Origin: Epiperipatus broadwayi
Taxonomy: Eukaryota; Animalia; Onychophora
Length of the DNA: 64,000 nucleotides
Assembly: GCA_028023455.1 (NCBI GenBank)
Contig: JAQFVV010000006.1
Coordinates: forward strand, 310,001-374,000
Reading direction: 5' to 3'
Positions 13,531 to 25,747 of the stretch are shown one piece after another; positions within the stretch are counted from its first letter, which is position 1, and every line of letters begins with the position of its first letter. A program made the translations under genes and the position numbers. The notes beneath the pieces were generated by a model. It saw only the letters and a program-made list of their open reading frames with translations, ran no database searches and was not told the origin of the DNA.

Positions 13531-13800
13531 TAACATAATAATAATCATATACAAAAAAGCTTTTTTCGGAAAATATTGCAGAAAACTTTTTTGTATATGA
13601 TTATTATTATAATATATATTATTGCCATTATATACCTATATTTTATATAGAAAAGAGCTTTTTTGTATATGATTATTATTACAATATATATTATGGCTGT
13701 TATATACCTATATTTTATATACAAAAAAGCTTTTTTGTATATGATTATTATTATATATATTATTGCTGTTATATAAAAATATTTTATATTATTGAAACAG
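13530..13800. repeat. AT-rich minisatellite, about three ~70-bp units plus an inverted partial unit
   Basis: Repeated gctttttt-gtatatgattattatt...tatacctatattttatat; 13531-13565 is the reverse complement of the unit start. Confidence 0.75.
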
Positions 13801-14052
13801 TCAGCTTTGTCAATCATACTGTTTCACCTACTATATACTAAGTAGTATTCCTATCTATGTATCTATCACCAAATCCTCGTATATCAGGTTAATATTGTAT
13901 TAAAATCAGGCTAAATTTAAACCTAAAGGTATTAGTCGTGTATGTGTGCGTATATCTTAACCTACAGTATAAAAAGTATCTGTATATGTAAAAACCCATA
14001 TATACACACACATATATTTCTAGTAGTAAATAAATGAAATATGCGTTGTATG

Positions 14053-17000
14053 TGTAACAAAAGACTACATATATGCAGGAAAGAATAATGTTAACAGATT
14101 TAAAACATTATAAATTTCTTTATTTAGAATAATTATTCTAAAAGTAATATTTGAAAGTATTTTATAATTCTGCATATATCGCTAAATTAATTGATCAGTT
14201 ACATTTATAACCAGATGTTTTCCATCTGTAGATTTGTTTTCTAAAAAAGATGATCTCATAAAACTTAAATCTTTCTCGCTGTATTTTGACCTAATTACAA
14301 ATTAAAAGTAACAATTGATTGTAAAATAAATTATCCTGGGTGACCAGATGAATATCCAGCTGTAAGAAATAATAAACCGCAGGATTCCACGATTCTTGGA
14401 ATACAGCGAGAAAATTAGCAAAACAGATCTAAAAACTTACTATGACAGAGGAGACGGGGGTAAGCTGATAATATAAGCCTCTGCAGCCATTTTAAATCCA
14501 TTCGGACATTTTTTCAAGTAAATTCGTTGACAACTTATATTTAAAAATTGCTAATAGTAATGGAGTCTGAGTAGAAGGCAAATTTCTTGCCTTCCTGACC
14601 CGGGAAGTCTACCATGCAGAGAGCAGCATGAGGAGCTGTAAGAAGCAGATGCCCGTAACAGCCTTTCAATATGAAACTAGTGCCAGCAGAAAGAAGAGCC
14701 GGTAAAAACCTTCCTCTACATAAAACTAATAATTCAACTAAAATGCGATAATTCCTAAAAGCTAGCTAAATCTAAACTCTATGGCCATAATAATAATGTA
14801 CTTTAAACTCACTACTAAAATATAATTTTGTTTTCTTTATTTTAATCTTAAAATCTTGCCTGATTTGATTTGATAACTGGTTTAATAATTGTATTTACTT
14901 ACTCAATTTATGTACTGATTTATTTGTTGGTTTGCTGATTTATCTCCGATTGATTTAGTTCATCGTATTTACCTTACTCTGAGTTATTAAAAGTTATTTA
15001 GTTTTAACTTGCTTAAATCGATTGATTTTAAATTATTTATCATAACTTTTGTTACGTATGATTCTAAATGCTTTATTCTAAAATGATAATTAAGTTTCTA
15101 AGTTATTTTATATATTTTAACTTAATGATATTTGCTTTCACTTATTTTAATGTTATGATAGTATTTGCCTTTATTACTTTTCGTACACAACTTAAATTTG
15201 TATTGAACTGGGTCGATCAGATGTAAACTAATTGCGTTTCAATTTCCTTTTTAAACTAGGCTAAAACAAAGCCAAACTTCAGATTTCACTTGTGTGAAAT
15301 CTCTTTAAACTTACATTTCTTTTAGTTAAATCTATGCAAAATTTTATTATTTTTCAATTATGTATTCGTTTATGCTATATTCATTCAAAATGGAGTTTTA
15401 CTCTTAGTAAAATGCTTAGTGGGCAACAATTAAATCTCCTCACACATATATGTAATATCGCGTGTATATTAGCGCACAAAAGAAATTTCGTTTTGAAAAG
15501 AAATAAAATGTCGTATTTAAGAGATAATTAAAAGCGTACAGCTACTTTAAGTTAGATTTACTTTAGAGATAATATTTAACTAATATTTATCTGGAGTGAT
15601 TGAAATACAGCATAAAGCTATAACTTTGTATCATAATTCTCCATAATATGCTGTACTCCTCCCTAGAGTTATAAATACCTATATAGATAGCTTTAGAAAT
15701 TAGATTCATAAGCTTTCCTTAATAGCATAATTATAGATGCTATGTAATGAACTGATATACGGTAGTTTCATGAAGGAAACTATTGTTTGGCGTCCTAATT
15801 TCTATTATATAATAATGTAGCCAGCGGTGCGAATGTGTCTTTAACAAACGCTACAGCGTATATATATATTTGTTGCTGTATATTTCTTTAATGGGCGTAT
15901 GTGTAAGGGCTACACCATTACTCTCTTAGTTCGGACAACTATCTCTTCCAAATGGAGGTTGGCTACTTCCCACCCCATTCTGCATCCTCAGAAATGGAGC
16001 ATGAGACTCCCATAGTTTAATTAGTTGTTTGATCACCGGACTATAAGGTCTCTTATTTCCACAGCAATGAGTACGGTGAAAAGGGAACCGTTTCTTGGTA
16101 TAAATCCCCTAAAAAGGCACATTTGAAACGCAGAGACACAGACTTTATATTTTCTAATACGCCTTGGTATCTGAAGTCTGACTGCCATGCATCAGTTCAT
16201 CCCGCCATAATAATTGTAATTTTCAGCTTTGATCTGAATTCGAATCTAATTTCATAGGCATATAAGCTATATAGAGAATATTAAGTATTCGCGCTTAATA
16301 AAATGTCATATTCTTTATAAATGTTTATAATCGCTTTTGCTAGCTCTAGAGCGGGTCTAAATCCTATTATATAGCATAAACTAGGCATAGATAGTCATGA
16401 GCAAATTAAACTCAATCTGTAAAGTAATATTAAAGCTCATGAAACTGTAACTTAAACGTATAATTTCATCATCACCTGTGAGGGATATACTGAATATCTA
16501 TGACACTTAAAATAAATTTAACTAATTTGTAACCGGAATAATTAATGTCACCTGCGAGTGATTTAAATTGTCACATATATATATGTAAACTAAAGCTGAA
16601 TGTAACTAATTTGTAACCAGACTAATTAATATCACCTGCGAGTGATTTAAGATATCCTATATATATATGTAAAATAAGGCTGTATGTAAACCATAAATGA
16701 TTATAACCTCAATCATCACTTGCGTGTGAACCCAAAACTCAAATGTTAAACTGTATCCCTTAGTCACCTGCGAGTGAGACAATATATATCCACATTATAA
16801 TCATTATTTTCATTTATTAATTTTATTATTTGGTTTTCATTAAATTAATTTTAAATTTAACTTTTGTTTCATGTCTCAATGTTGCTCATTGGTAAGTCAT
16901 TATTGATTAGTTAATCATTAGTTAAGAATCACAATCCATATTTTATAATTATGTTCCACTACACACATCATCTATATAGCTATACTAGTTAGAAAGTCAA

Positions 17001-17231
17001 TTTCTCATAATCCTGTGCTTTACCGATGTTCTACTGCCAGCACGTGATGAAAGAGAATGCTGCTGTGGCCTCATATGTGTCATCCACAAGGTGGTAAATC
17101 TTTGAGCGTTAGTAAAGGAACTGGGGCTATATCAGACAACGTGGTTCGTATCACTCTATGCTGGTCAGCCTTGGGATGATTTACTAGAACTCTGGATTTT
17201 GTTGCGCGAATGTACAGATTTGACCGTTACA
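14053..17231. mobile_element. Possible large solo LTR or unclassified insertion
   Basis: tgtaac at 14053 and gttaca ending 17231, with 5-bp flanks gtatg / ttatg (4 of 5 match); higher complexity than surrounding DNA; internal ~84-bp repeats. No PBS, PPT or coding remnant recognised. Confidence 0.3.
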
Positions 17232-18195
17232 TTATGTTATATCATTGAATTATTTTTATATAAGATGTATGACAATTTACAATAGTTGCATTCAAAAATT
17301 AACTCAAAATTTATCTCACATTATCTTCTATTGAGGATAAGTAGAAACACAAATGTTATAAATATTGGATTAATCAAAATTTTCAGATTTAATTATGCAT
17401 TCAAATCATTTTCAAAATCATAAAATTCCCTTCAATAAAAAAAGTATAAATTCAAAAAAAGCATTATGAAACAGGCAAAACTCACTATAAATTAATAATG
17501 ATCAACTGTTTTTGTGTTTGGAATTGTAATAAAAGTAAATCATGGGATCAGTATCTATGAAGGTATATCTTCTTAGGAAGAAAGTCGGAGCTATCTCAAA
17601 AGATTTGCAAATGATGTGATGGCACACGGCCTAGCATGATTTACACCTTTTATAAAATCATAACATTTTATCATTTGCTAAATATGTTTCCTTTTGTGCA
17701 ATTTTATTGAATGAATATTTGAGTAAACAAATAAAATTCATATAAAGCAAAATATATTTTATTTTCCGTGATTGTTTTTTTTTTTTTTTTTTGCAAATTA
17801 TGATTTTGAAATGTAGGGGGTCAGACTTTAATCTAAGCAACCATGCATTCATTAATTATATTTTTGAAAAAAAAAAAACCCCAAAAGTTTAACAATTTGA
17901 CAACTTTTATTATTCAGAGTGTATATATAATTAATAATAGGTTGGTATATTCAACTAACGACTTGCTGGTTAAACTCCATAATAAATCAGTCTTAATTTC
18001 CCATGAAACAGTTCTTTATAGAGTTTGACTCTATTACTTCACTTTATTAAAAGTCCTTCATTTCAATCTAATAACTCTCTATCTTATTTTTCCACTAGCG
18101 TTTTCATCAGCAATTACTAACTACTCACCAATATCACATATAAACCACTAAACATCACATAATCACCATCTCTTATACTAGCACATAATTGTTAG

Positions 18196-18471
18196 TAAAC
18201 AAGGCAAAACTCTCCATACAGTAGTGCCACCCTGTGCCAACCAGAGTAAACAATGGATGCCAGAAGCCTTGTGCATAAAATCCATATCTAGTGCCTACTC
18301 ATCCAATATCCAAGGCTCCTCACTGACGAAGGCCACAAGCCACAAACTAGTCTGGGGATATTGGATGAGTAGGCACTAGATAGGAATTTTATGCACAAGC
18401 CTTCTGGCATTTATTGATTACTCTGGTTGGCACAGGGTGGTACTACTGTATAGAGAGTTTTGCCTTGTTTA
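18196..18471. repeat. Family A fold-back with the hammerhead-like motif as the loop
   Basis: ~113-bp arms (aaacaaggcaaaactctc...catccaatatc and reverse complement) enclose cctca CTGACGA aggc cacaa gcca CAAA ctag TC tgggg (18318-18357; G12 mutated to C). Confidence 0.88.
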
Positions 18472-19656
18472 ATATCATGTATAGCAAGCACCTTACTGCT
18501 CACTCGATTTTCTCTGACTCAGGCTAAATTGGTTTGACAATACTTCTGCCCTTCTTCACACACATTAAAGTTATGCTAATATTTATAATAGCTTTGCTAA
18601 TTTGCATACTATTTCATTATTGTTCTTATGCAAATTAGAATATCTAAGTTAACTTGTAATTTGCATAATTTTTTCTACATTTCATTATTTCTTGAGTGAC
18701 AATATTGTGCCATAATGATCAGTTCTGAACACACACAAATCTTTATTTAAAATACAAACCAATCAACACACAGCAGATTTAAAATAAAATTTTTACTGAT
18801 AAGTAAAGTTCTTGTAAATGAGATTTTTAAAAATGTTTTTTATCATATGTAAAAAAGCCCTCCCCCCTCCCAGACCGGCACAAAAATGCATTGGCCTCGC
18901 TTTTCTTGAGCCAGCTCTGGAGTAAGTTGTATCATATAGTGATAGTATTTTTTTTTAGTCAATGCTATGACATTTATCTGACCAAACCAAATTAATCTGG
19001 GATCAGTACTTTCTATCTAATACATTTAGATATATAATGATCAGCAACAGTATTTGAACTTGGAACTGTGGAGTAAACTCTATGGAAAAGCACTGCAAAA
19101 GAAATTTATGTATATTCGAGAATAAAATAAGCTGAAAAACACAAAATCAACCATATCAAATAAACCAGGATCATTTTTCAAAAATAAAAAATCGTGGAAA
19201 TTATTTATGCAATGCAATGTAAGAAAATTGCAAGAAATTTAATACATGCTAGTAATTATTTACAGCAAATAAAACCTATCATCTTCTTAATGTTCATAAT
19301 ATATTTGATTTTAAAAGCATCAATTAAGTGTTGCTTTTACGATTTCGGAAATGAAAACATTACTGCTATCCACAAATAAAATTACAAAAAAAAAAGACAA
19401 TAAAATCCTTGTCAGCACTATTTATTTTAATTTTGACGCATTACTCTCTAAATTTGAACAGTATTAAAATAATATTTTAATGTCACTTTTTTCTCTATTC
19501 AGTATTAGAAATTATTAAATTCACGGATAATTTAAAAATAAAAACAAATTAAATTGAAACTAGATTTTGTATATGCACATATCTAATCATTAGTGGAGGA
19601 ACAAAATGTCACTATGCAAAATCAAAAAATATATATTTATTCTATTTTGTTTTTAC

Positions 19657-19746
19657 CTTTTCCCATGGTGAATCCTTAATTGCTGCTAAAGAGCGAGCTA
19701 AATGTAAAACAGTTGTCGAAAAGAAGGATCCTTCGTTGGTCGCCAT
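19657..19746 (-). CDS. PI4KA: Phosphatidylinositol 4-kinase alpha, coding exon 1
   Basis: ATG at 19746 gives MATNEGSFFSTTVLHLARSLAAIKDSPWEK then a GT donor (90 nt, phase 0). Matches the PI4KA motif FxxTVLxLARSLA...xWEK and joins in frame to the 3032-3151 exon across a 16.5-kb intron. Confidence 0.92.
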
Positions 19747-20072
19747 ACTATTTTGATCGTTTAATGTTTGCGTTAATATTTATATTCTTTGATTGGTTAA
19801 TATTACCTTTTTAAAAAGAAACAAATGACTAAATAAATTATACAAATATTAATTAATATTTGTATTTTTGATATTAAATTTGTAATAATTTTTATTATTC
19901 AATTGGAATAAACCATAAAAGTTATTACAACATTCTAAAAAATTTAATTATTTTGTGCGAAGTTATAATTATGGCGGATGATTGTTTTATTCTTATTGAT
20001 AAATAAAAGGAGAAAAAATACTATTATTTATTTTTTAAATTACTGTTGTAAGAAACACTTTTTTTATTCATT
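19747..20072. promoter_or_regulatory. Shared bidirectional promoter and 5' UTRs of PI4KA and THOC5
   Basis: 326 bp between divergent ATGs. CCAAT-like gattgg near 19790; short upstream ORF ATGGCGGAT...TAA at 19971-20006 on +. TSSs cannot be placed from sequence. Confidence 0.75.
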
Positions 20073-20252
20073 ATGTCCAGCAGTCATACTAGCAATGTTA
20101 AAACTAAAAGAAGGCGCACAACAAGAGCCGATTCAAATGCTTCAGGTTCAAGTCCTCTAACATTAAGTAGTAGAGCTGAAAATAAAGATCAAGGAATTAA
20201 AAAAATAAAATCTTCTAGTACTTTGCAACAAACTGATGATAGCAAAAATAAG
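20073..20252 (+). CDS. THOC5: THO complex subunit 5, coding exon 1
   Basis: ATG...KNK|gtacag, 180 nt, phase 0: MSSSHTSNVKTKRRRTT...DDSKNK. Basic N-terminus like THOC5 and in frame with exon 2. Sequence is poorly conserved, so the start codon is less certain. Confidence 0.75.
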
Positions 20253-20559
20253 GTACAGTTATTTTTTTTTTTGATATTGCAATTTTACTTGTATGAATAC
20301 ATAATGTTCTGCCATAACATTTAATGGGTAGCAAAATACTAATGTATTAATTAAATTAAATTATCTTAAAATATTTGTATGTTTATGTCTGCATGATTTT
20401 CACATAGTAATAATATATTTCTGCGAATTATTAAATCCTTTTGAGTATTCATATTTTAAAATAATTTCTGTTATTGTACTCTAAAAGTATTTCTTGAACA
20501 TAATGATTTATTAAAATCGATTTGTGTATTACGGTTTTCAGTTAAATTAAACATAAGTT

Positions 20560-21025
20560 AGACTAATTTTATTTAATTGTTATCGTTAATAATTTGAATT
20601 ATATTGTTTTCTCAAGTTGTTATAAGAAGTTAACAAACACTCCCATGTCGACGGTTGATCTTATTCAGCGAAACAGATCAACCTTACCTCGCAAAAATGT
20701 TTCTAGGTTCTCACTGCCTTCACAAACATCCTCTGCACATAAAAGGAACACGTGCGGAGGATTTAGGTGTGTGGCATCACGGCGTATCTCATGGATATAA
20801 TCCACGTCATCATCCGTCTCCATTACTGCCATGCATTGTTTTGCAGATCCAGGAATAATGCGTTGTTTTGCTCGGCATACACGCTGTAGATGACCTATTT
20901 TCTGGCAGAAGTGGCACTTGGTTTTTTTGAAAGGGCATCCACTCGATTGTGTTGACTGCCACAACCATAGCAAGGTGGAAATTCCGATTGAGATGCACCC
21001 GAACTACATCCAGTAACAATTACAT
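20560..21025 (-). mobile_element. Inverted gag zinc-knuckle and protease N-terminal segment of the Gypsy element
   Basis: Minus strand reads CYGCGSQH..., CPFKKTKCHFCQKIGHLQRVC (CCHC knuckle), then a degenerate protease site (STVDMG) and EKTYN-like residues near 20600. Opposite in orientation to the adjacent pol. Confidence 0.75.
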
Positions 21026-21029
21026 TATG

Positions 21030-23840
21030 GGAATTTCAGCACCACTCAATATCATTCGAGGGATATTTTGATGTACATGTCCAATATGGTGTACATTCAT
21101 GCCATCTACGTTTATTGGTAACAGAGAGTCCTTGTACAAATCTATTAGGACGTGAATGGTTCACACCTCTAAATATTTCACTAACTGGAGTCCATCTAAT
21201 TACCGAACCATCTATTCAAGATATCATTAACCAATTTTCACAAGTTTTCAGCACATCTATAGAAACTTACAAGGGTCCAACTGTATCATTGCCAGTTGAT
21301 CCTAAATTTCCCCCAATCAGACTACGAGCCCAGTCACTACTACTTGCTATGAAACATAAGGTGGATGTTGCTTTAGATACTCTGCTCCGCGATGGGATCA
21401 TTGAACCAGTGGAAAACCCTGTATGGACAACATCAGTGGTACCGATTCTTAAACCAACAGGAGAGGTGAGATTATGCGGTGACTACAAGGTAACAGTTAA
21501 CAGAGCTCTTCAGAATCACCCGTACCCTATACCTGCGGTACATCATCTTCTGACTTCTCTTCCTCCTAGCTCTATCTTTGCAAAAATTGATTTAGCTAAG
21601 CCCTACCTACAACTTCCAGTTGATGACATGTCTGCAAACATACAGACAATCATCACTCATCTAGGAGCCTTCTGCGTAAAACATTTACAGTTCGGAATCT
21701 GTGTTGCACCCGGAATGTTTCAATGCATTATAATTTACTCGGGAACATTTCTGGAGTTTTTCCATATTTCAATGACATATTAATTTGTGCGTCTTCAACA
21801 ATTGATCTATGTTCAAAATTATGTACTCTGTTTAAAAGGTTTGCACACAGTGGATTGCGGGCTAATAAAGAAAAATGTGTAGATTCTGTGAAATTTCTGG
21901 GTTTTACAATCGACTGTAAAGGCCTGCATCCGTCTCCAAGTAAAGCAACTGCAATTCAAAATGCTTGCTCTCCTAGGAACAAAATAGAACTGAAAGCATT
22001 CTTAGGTCTTATAAATTTTTATAATAATTTCCTTCCAGATTGTGCAACTGTAGCTGAACCTTTACATTGTTTATTACAGACAAATGCCACATGGACTTGG
22101 TCACCACAACATGAAAGGGCCTTTCTTAAATTTAAGGAGGCATTGATGTCCAATAGTGTACTGGTTCCATTAGACCCTCACCAAAGCGTTCTACTTACAT
22201 GTGATGCTTCGCCTTATGGAGTAGGTGCAGTACTAAGTTTGCAATATCCTGATGGATCATCCGCTCCCGTTGCTTTTGCTTCACGGATTTTGTCTAAGGC
22301 TGAACGAAACTATGCACAAATTGATAAAGAAGCTTTGGCAATAGTATTTAGCGTCAAACATTTTCACCATTTCCTATTCGGAATTAAATTTAACATTTGT
22401 ACTGATCATCGTCCGCTGCTTGGCATTTTTACCTCGGATAAACCAACACCAATGATTTTATCGCCCCGAATGCAAAGATGGATGCACATCCTCAATGCAT
22501 ATTCCTTCAAACTGGAATATAAACCAGGAAAGAAAGTTGCAAATGCAGACGCGTTGAGCAGATTTCCACTTCCATCAACCGAATGCGACAATCCAAACAT
22601 GAATTGTGTCCTTTTCTTGGAGGAATTGGAAGATCCTCCTGCAACTGCTGAACAAGTTGCACATGCAACATGAAAAGACTTTTTGCTATCAAGAGTAAAG
22701 AACTATATTTTCACTGCCTGGCCAAGCAGACCCACAGACACCAAACTTCAACCCTTTTTTATAAGGCGCAATGAGATATCAACACACAAAAACTGTTTGC
22801 TTTGGGGGTCATTTGGGTCATTCTGGCATCATGAGAACCAAAGCATTAGCAAGGTCATACGTATAGTGGCCATCAATGGATAGGGATATTGAGAATCTGT
22901 GGGAAAATGCAAAAATTGTCGAGTCATAAGACATGCTTGCCCCCATGTTCCAATTCACCCTTGGGAACCACCATCCACACCATGGTCACGACTGCACATA
23001 GATTTTGCAGGCCCCATCAATGGGCAAATGCTTTTTGTTGTTGTTGACGCCTATTCAATGTGGGTGGAAGTGCACAGAATGCCTAAAACAACCTCAGTTG
23101 CAACAGCCACAGTACTACGAGAATTATTTTCCACCCATGGAATACCAGAGTGTATAGTTTCAGACAATGGGCCACAGTTTGTATCTTCAGAGTTTTCTAC
23201 TTTTCTTGCCAATAACGGAATTCGCCATGCACGGATCGCACCCTACCATCCGACAAGTAATGGGCTTGCAGAAAATGCTGTCCAATCTGTGAAGGAGAGC
23301 ATAAAGTGTATTTCTCATGGAAATTGGGAGCTACGTATTGCTCGATACCTTTTGGCTCAGCACATTACTCCATCTACAACTACAGGTCTAAGTCCAGCCA
23401 AGATGCTCTTTCATCGATGCCTTCATACATGCCTAGATTTCCTTCATCTGGATAGAGCCCCAAAGTCAGCACCATCCAAACATCATCGGTTACGTGAATT
23501 CCAATCAGATGACACAGGAAGGGGTTCTCCATGGATTCCTGCCATGATAGAACAGCTACAGGCCCTCTGTCATATGAAGTCCGAACTGATCTGGGATTAC
23601 AACATCAGCACATTGATCAGTTGCACTTCAGATCAGTGGACACTTTTTTCAACTGTCTCATCTCCTGCTGAGGAAACACCACTTGCCCAAAATTCTTCAC
23701 CCAGTGTGACACTGGAAAACACAAATAACCAAAGTTCAACACCTCCTACATCTCCACTTCAAACTCCAAAGGCTTACAGAGAACACCCCCCCACGTCAAC
23801 GTCACCAGTGCATTTCAAGGATTATGATCTTACATACTAA
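21030..23840 (+). mobile_element. Ty3/Gypsy (K02A2.6-like) pol pseudogene: protease C-terminus, RT, RNase H, integrase
   Basis: LLGREWF; RT with VRLCGDYKVTVN, KIDLAKPYLQL and YFNDIL (YxDD degenerate); RNase H LTCDASPYGVGAVL...ERNYAQIDKEALAI; integrase HIDFAGP...IVSDNGPQF...PYHPTSNGLAE. Several frameshifts and stops. Confidence 0.95.
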
Positions 23841-23988
23841 GGGGAAGGAGTGTGATGTCTTACGATCCGCGATGATTTGCTATCATGACGTCATTCAAGG
23901 AATGACTGCGGAACTAGATTATCATTATCTGCAGTATTAATGTTTTGATTGTAATAATAGCGTTAAGTCGTTTCTTAGAATCCCAACA
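23839..23988 (+). mobile_element. Polypurine tract and 3' LTR of the Gypsy element
   Basis: aaggggaaggag (23839-23850) followed directly by tgtgatg...cccaaca (23851-23988, TG..CA). No matching 5' LTR in the window. Confidence 0.8.
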
Positions 23989-24109
23989 AGTTTTGGCTAG
24001 TTTGTTATTCTAGACACTAAAACACTACACCATATGAAGTAAAACAATATTTATTACTCTGAAAAAAAAATCTTGGTAGAAGATAAAATCACAAGTAAAA
24101 CTCCAATCC

Positions 24110-24620
24110 GATGCACTATGGCTTCTCCTTTATCAGACTCAGGAATCTTTCAGCCACTATGCCCAGAGAAACCTATTAGCCACCTTACCTTCCCTTTCCA
24201 TTCTCCACCCTATTTTTTTCCCATATTTTCTCCATCCTGCTCCATCCCATTTCTACAACATCATCTTTGTCCACTTTATGGTCTTTACATCTAGATCCCC
24301 GTTATCTTATTCCAAACCCAGCATAAAAACCAAGAACCCACTTTCTGTATAATCACTTTATTTATATTCCCTCAATTTCATTATTTTACCATTTCTGCTT
24401 GTAAACATTTATATTCAATTAACAGATGCCTATTATTTTTCCATGCCTTCATTACATAACTTGAAAACTAAATCATCCACGTCTCCATTTATGTGTTTAT
24501 TCCCTTGTTGCTAACGATCCTGTTCAACTCACGCCCAATATTTTGTTTGCTTCTATATATATTTAAATTCTTTTTTACTCTCCATATTAGTTCTCCAACT
24601 CCCTATTTTTTATTAATCAA
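24110..24620 (-). mobile_element. LINE family B 3' fragment, copy 1
   Basis: Alignable by eye to 25080-25610; decayed C-terminal CCHC region. Confidence 0.75.
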
Positions 24621-25046
24621 AAACCAAGAAATATCTACTCTAGTGCCATCTAGTGTAAAATTGAGTAATTGGTGATTATCAGATGCATACAAAATCTCTA
24701 TGTTTAGTATTTAAATTTACCATCATCAGTCTGATTTCTGGCTTTTCCTTTGCCACTGGGCTAGGAAATCAAAGTTGGAAGGAATGCTACTTAGAATTTT
24801 ATGAAGAATGTAATTAATCAGAAAAAACAGAAATTATGAGATATGATTCCAGTTAAGATTTTAATATAGAAAAAAATGTAGATGAAAGTTTGTAACTATC
24901 AAGATGAGATTGCATCCTGATATCTAAAAAAGGAAAATTACTCCAAAATTATAGAATATTCATTCAGCTTTATCAGCAGCATTATTCTAGTGAAAAGATG
25001 ACTGATCCAAACTGCCTGCAATGTCATCTTCGAGTCAACCCATTCA

Positions 25047-25747
25047 TGATGTGATGTGATGTGATGTGATGCACAGTGACTTCTCCATAAACGAAGTCAA
25101 AAATCTCTCAGCAATTATGCCCAGAGAAACCTGTTAGCCACTTTACCCTTCATTCCCCACTTTAAGTTTTCCCATTTTCTGCTCCATCCCATTTCCACAA
25201 CGTATGTCAACTCTATGGCTTTTATATCTAAATCCCCCTTATCTTTTCCCAAACTCGGCATAAAAACCAATAAACCACTTTCTGTATAATCACTTTTTTC
25301 ATATTTATTCTTCCGTAACTTCATTATTTGTACCCTTTCTGTTTTCAAGCTTCTACATTCAATTAACAGATGTCTAATATTTTCTATTCTTTCCTTACAC
25401 AATTTACAGACTAAATCACCCATATTTTTCCAATTACATGTATATTCTCTTGTTGCTAAAGATCCTGTTCGAGGCTTAAACAATAAACTACTTTCCTTAC
25501 TATTATCATACATTAACTTGCACTTAATGTTCTGTTTACTTCTGTATGTATTTAAACTCTTTTTACTCTCCATACTAGTTCTCCATTTCTCTGATTCCCT
25601 ATTCTTTATTAATGAATTTATTCTTTTATCCCATTCCTTACCACAACAACACTCAACAATCCTCCTAACACAATCAACCCACCTTTGTACAAATATACCG
25701 ATATAAATTCTTTATCCATGCCATTTCCACAAAATAATCTCCCATTC
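25047..25747 (-). mobile_element. LINE family B 3' fragment, copy 2, with (ATCAC)n tail
   Basis: Minus ORF YDNSKESSLLFKPRTGSLATR...VCKLCKERIENIRHLLIEC (non-LTR C-terminal CCHC knuckle); gtgat repeats at ~25047-25072 form the 3' tail. Clade not assigned. Confidence 0.8.

Noticed and set aside
11509-13817. Several 60-90 aa hydrophobic or lysine-rich ORFs
   Set aside because: They arise from AT-rich MITE subrepeats and minisatellites, with no splice or homology support.
20253-20324. Read-through tail of the 83-aa ORF 20073-20324
   Set aside because: Intron sequence after the THOC5 exon 1 donor.
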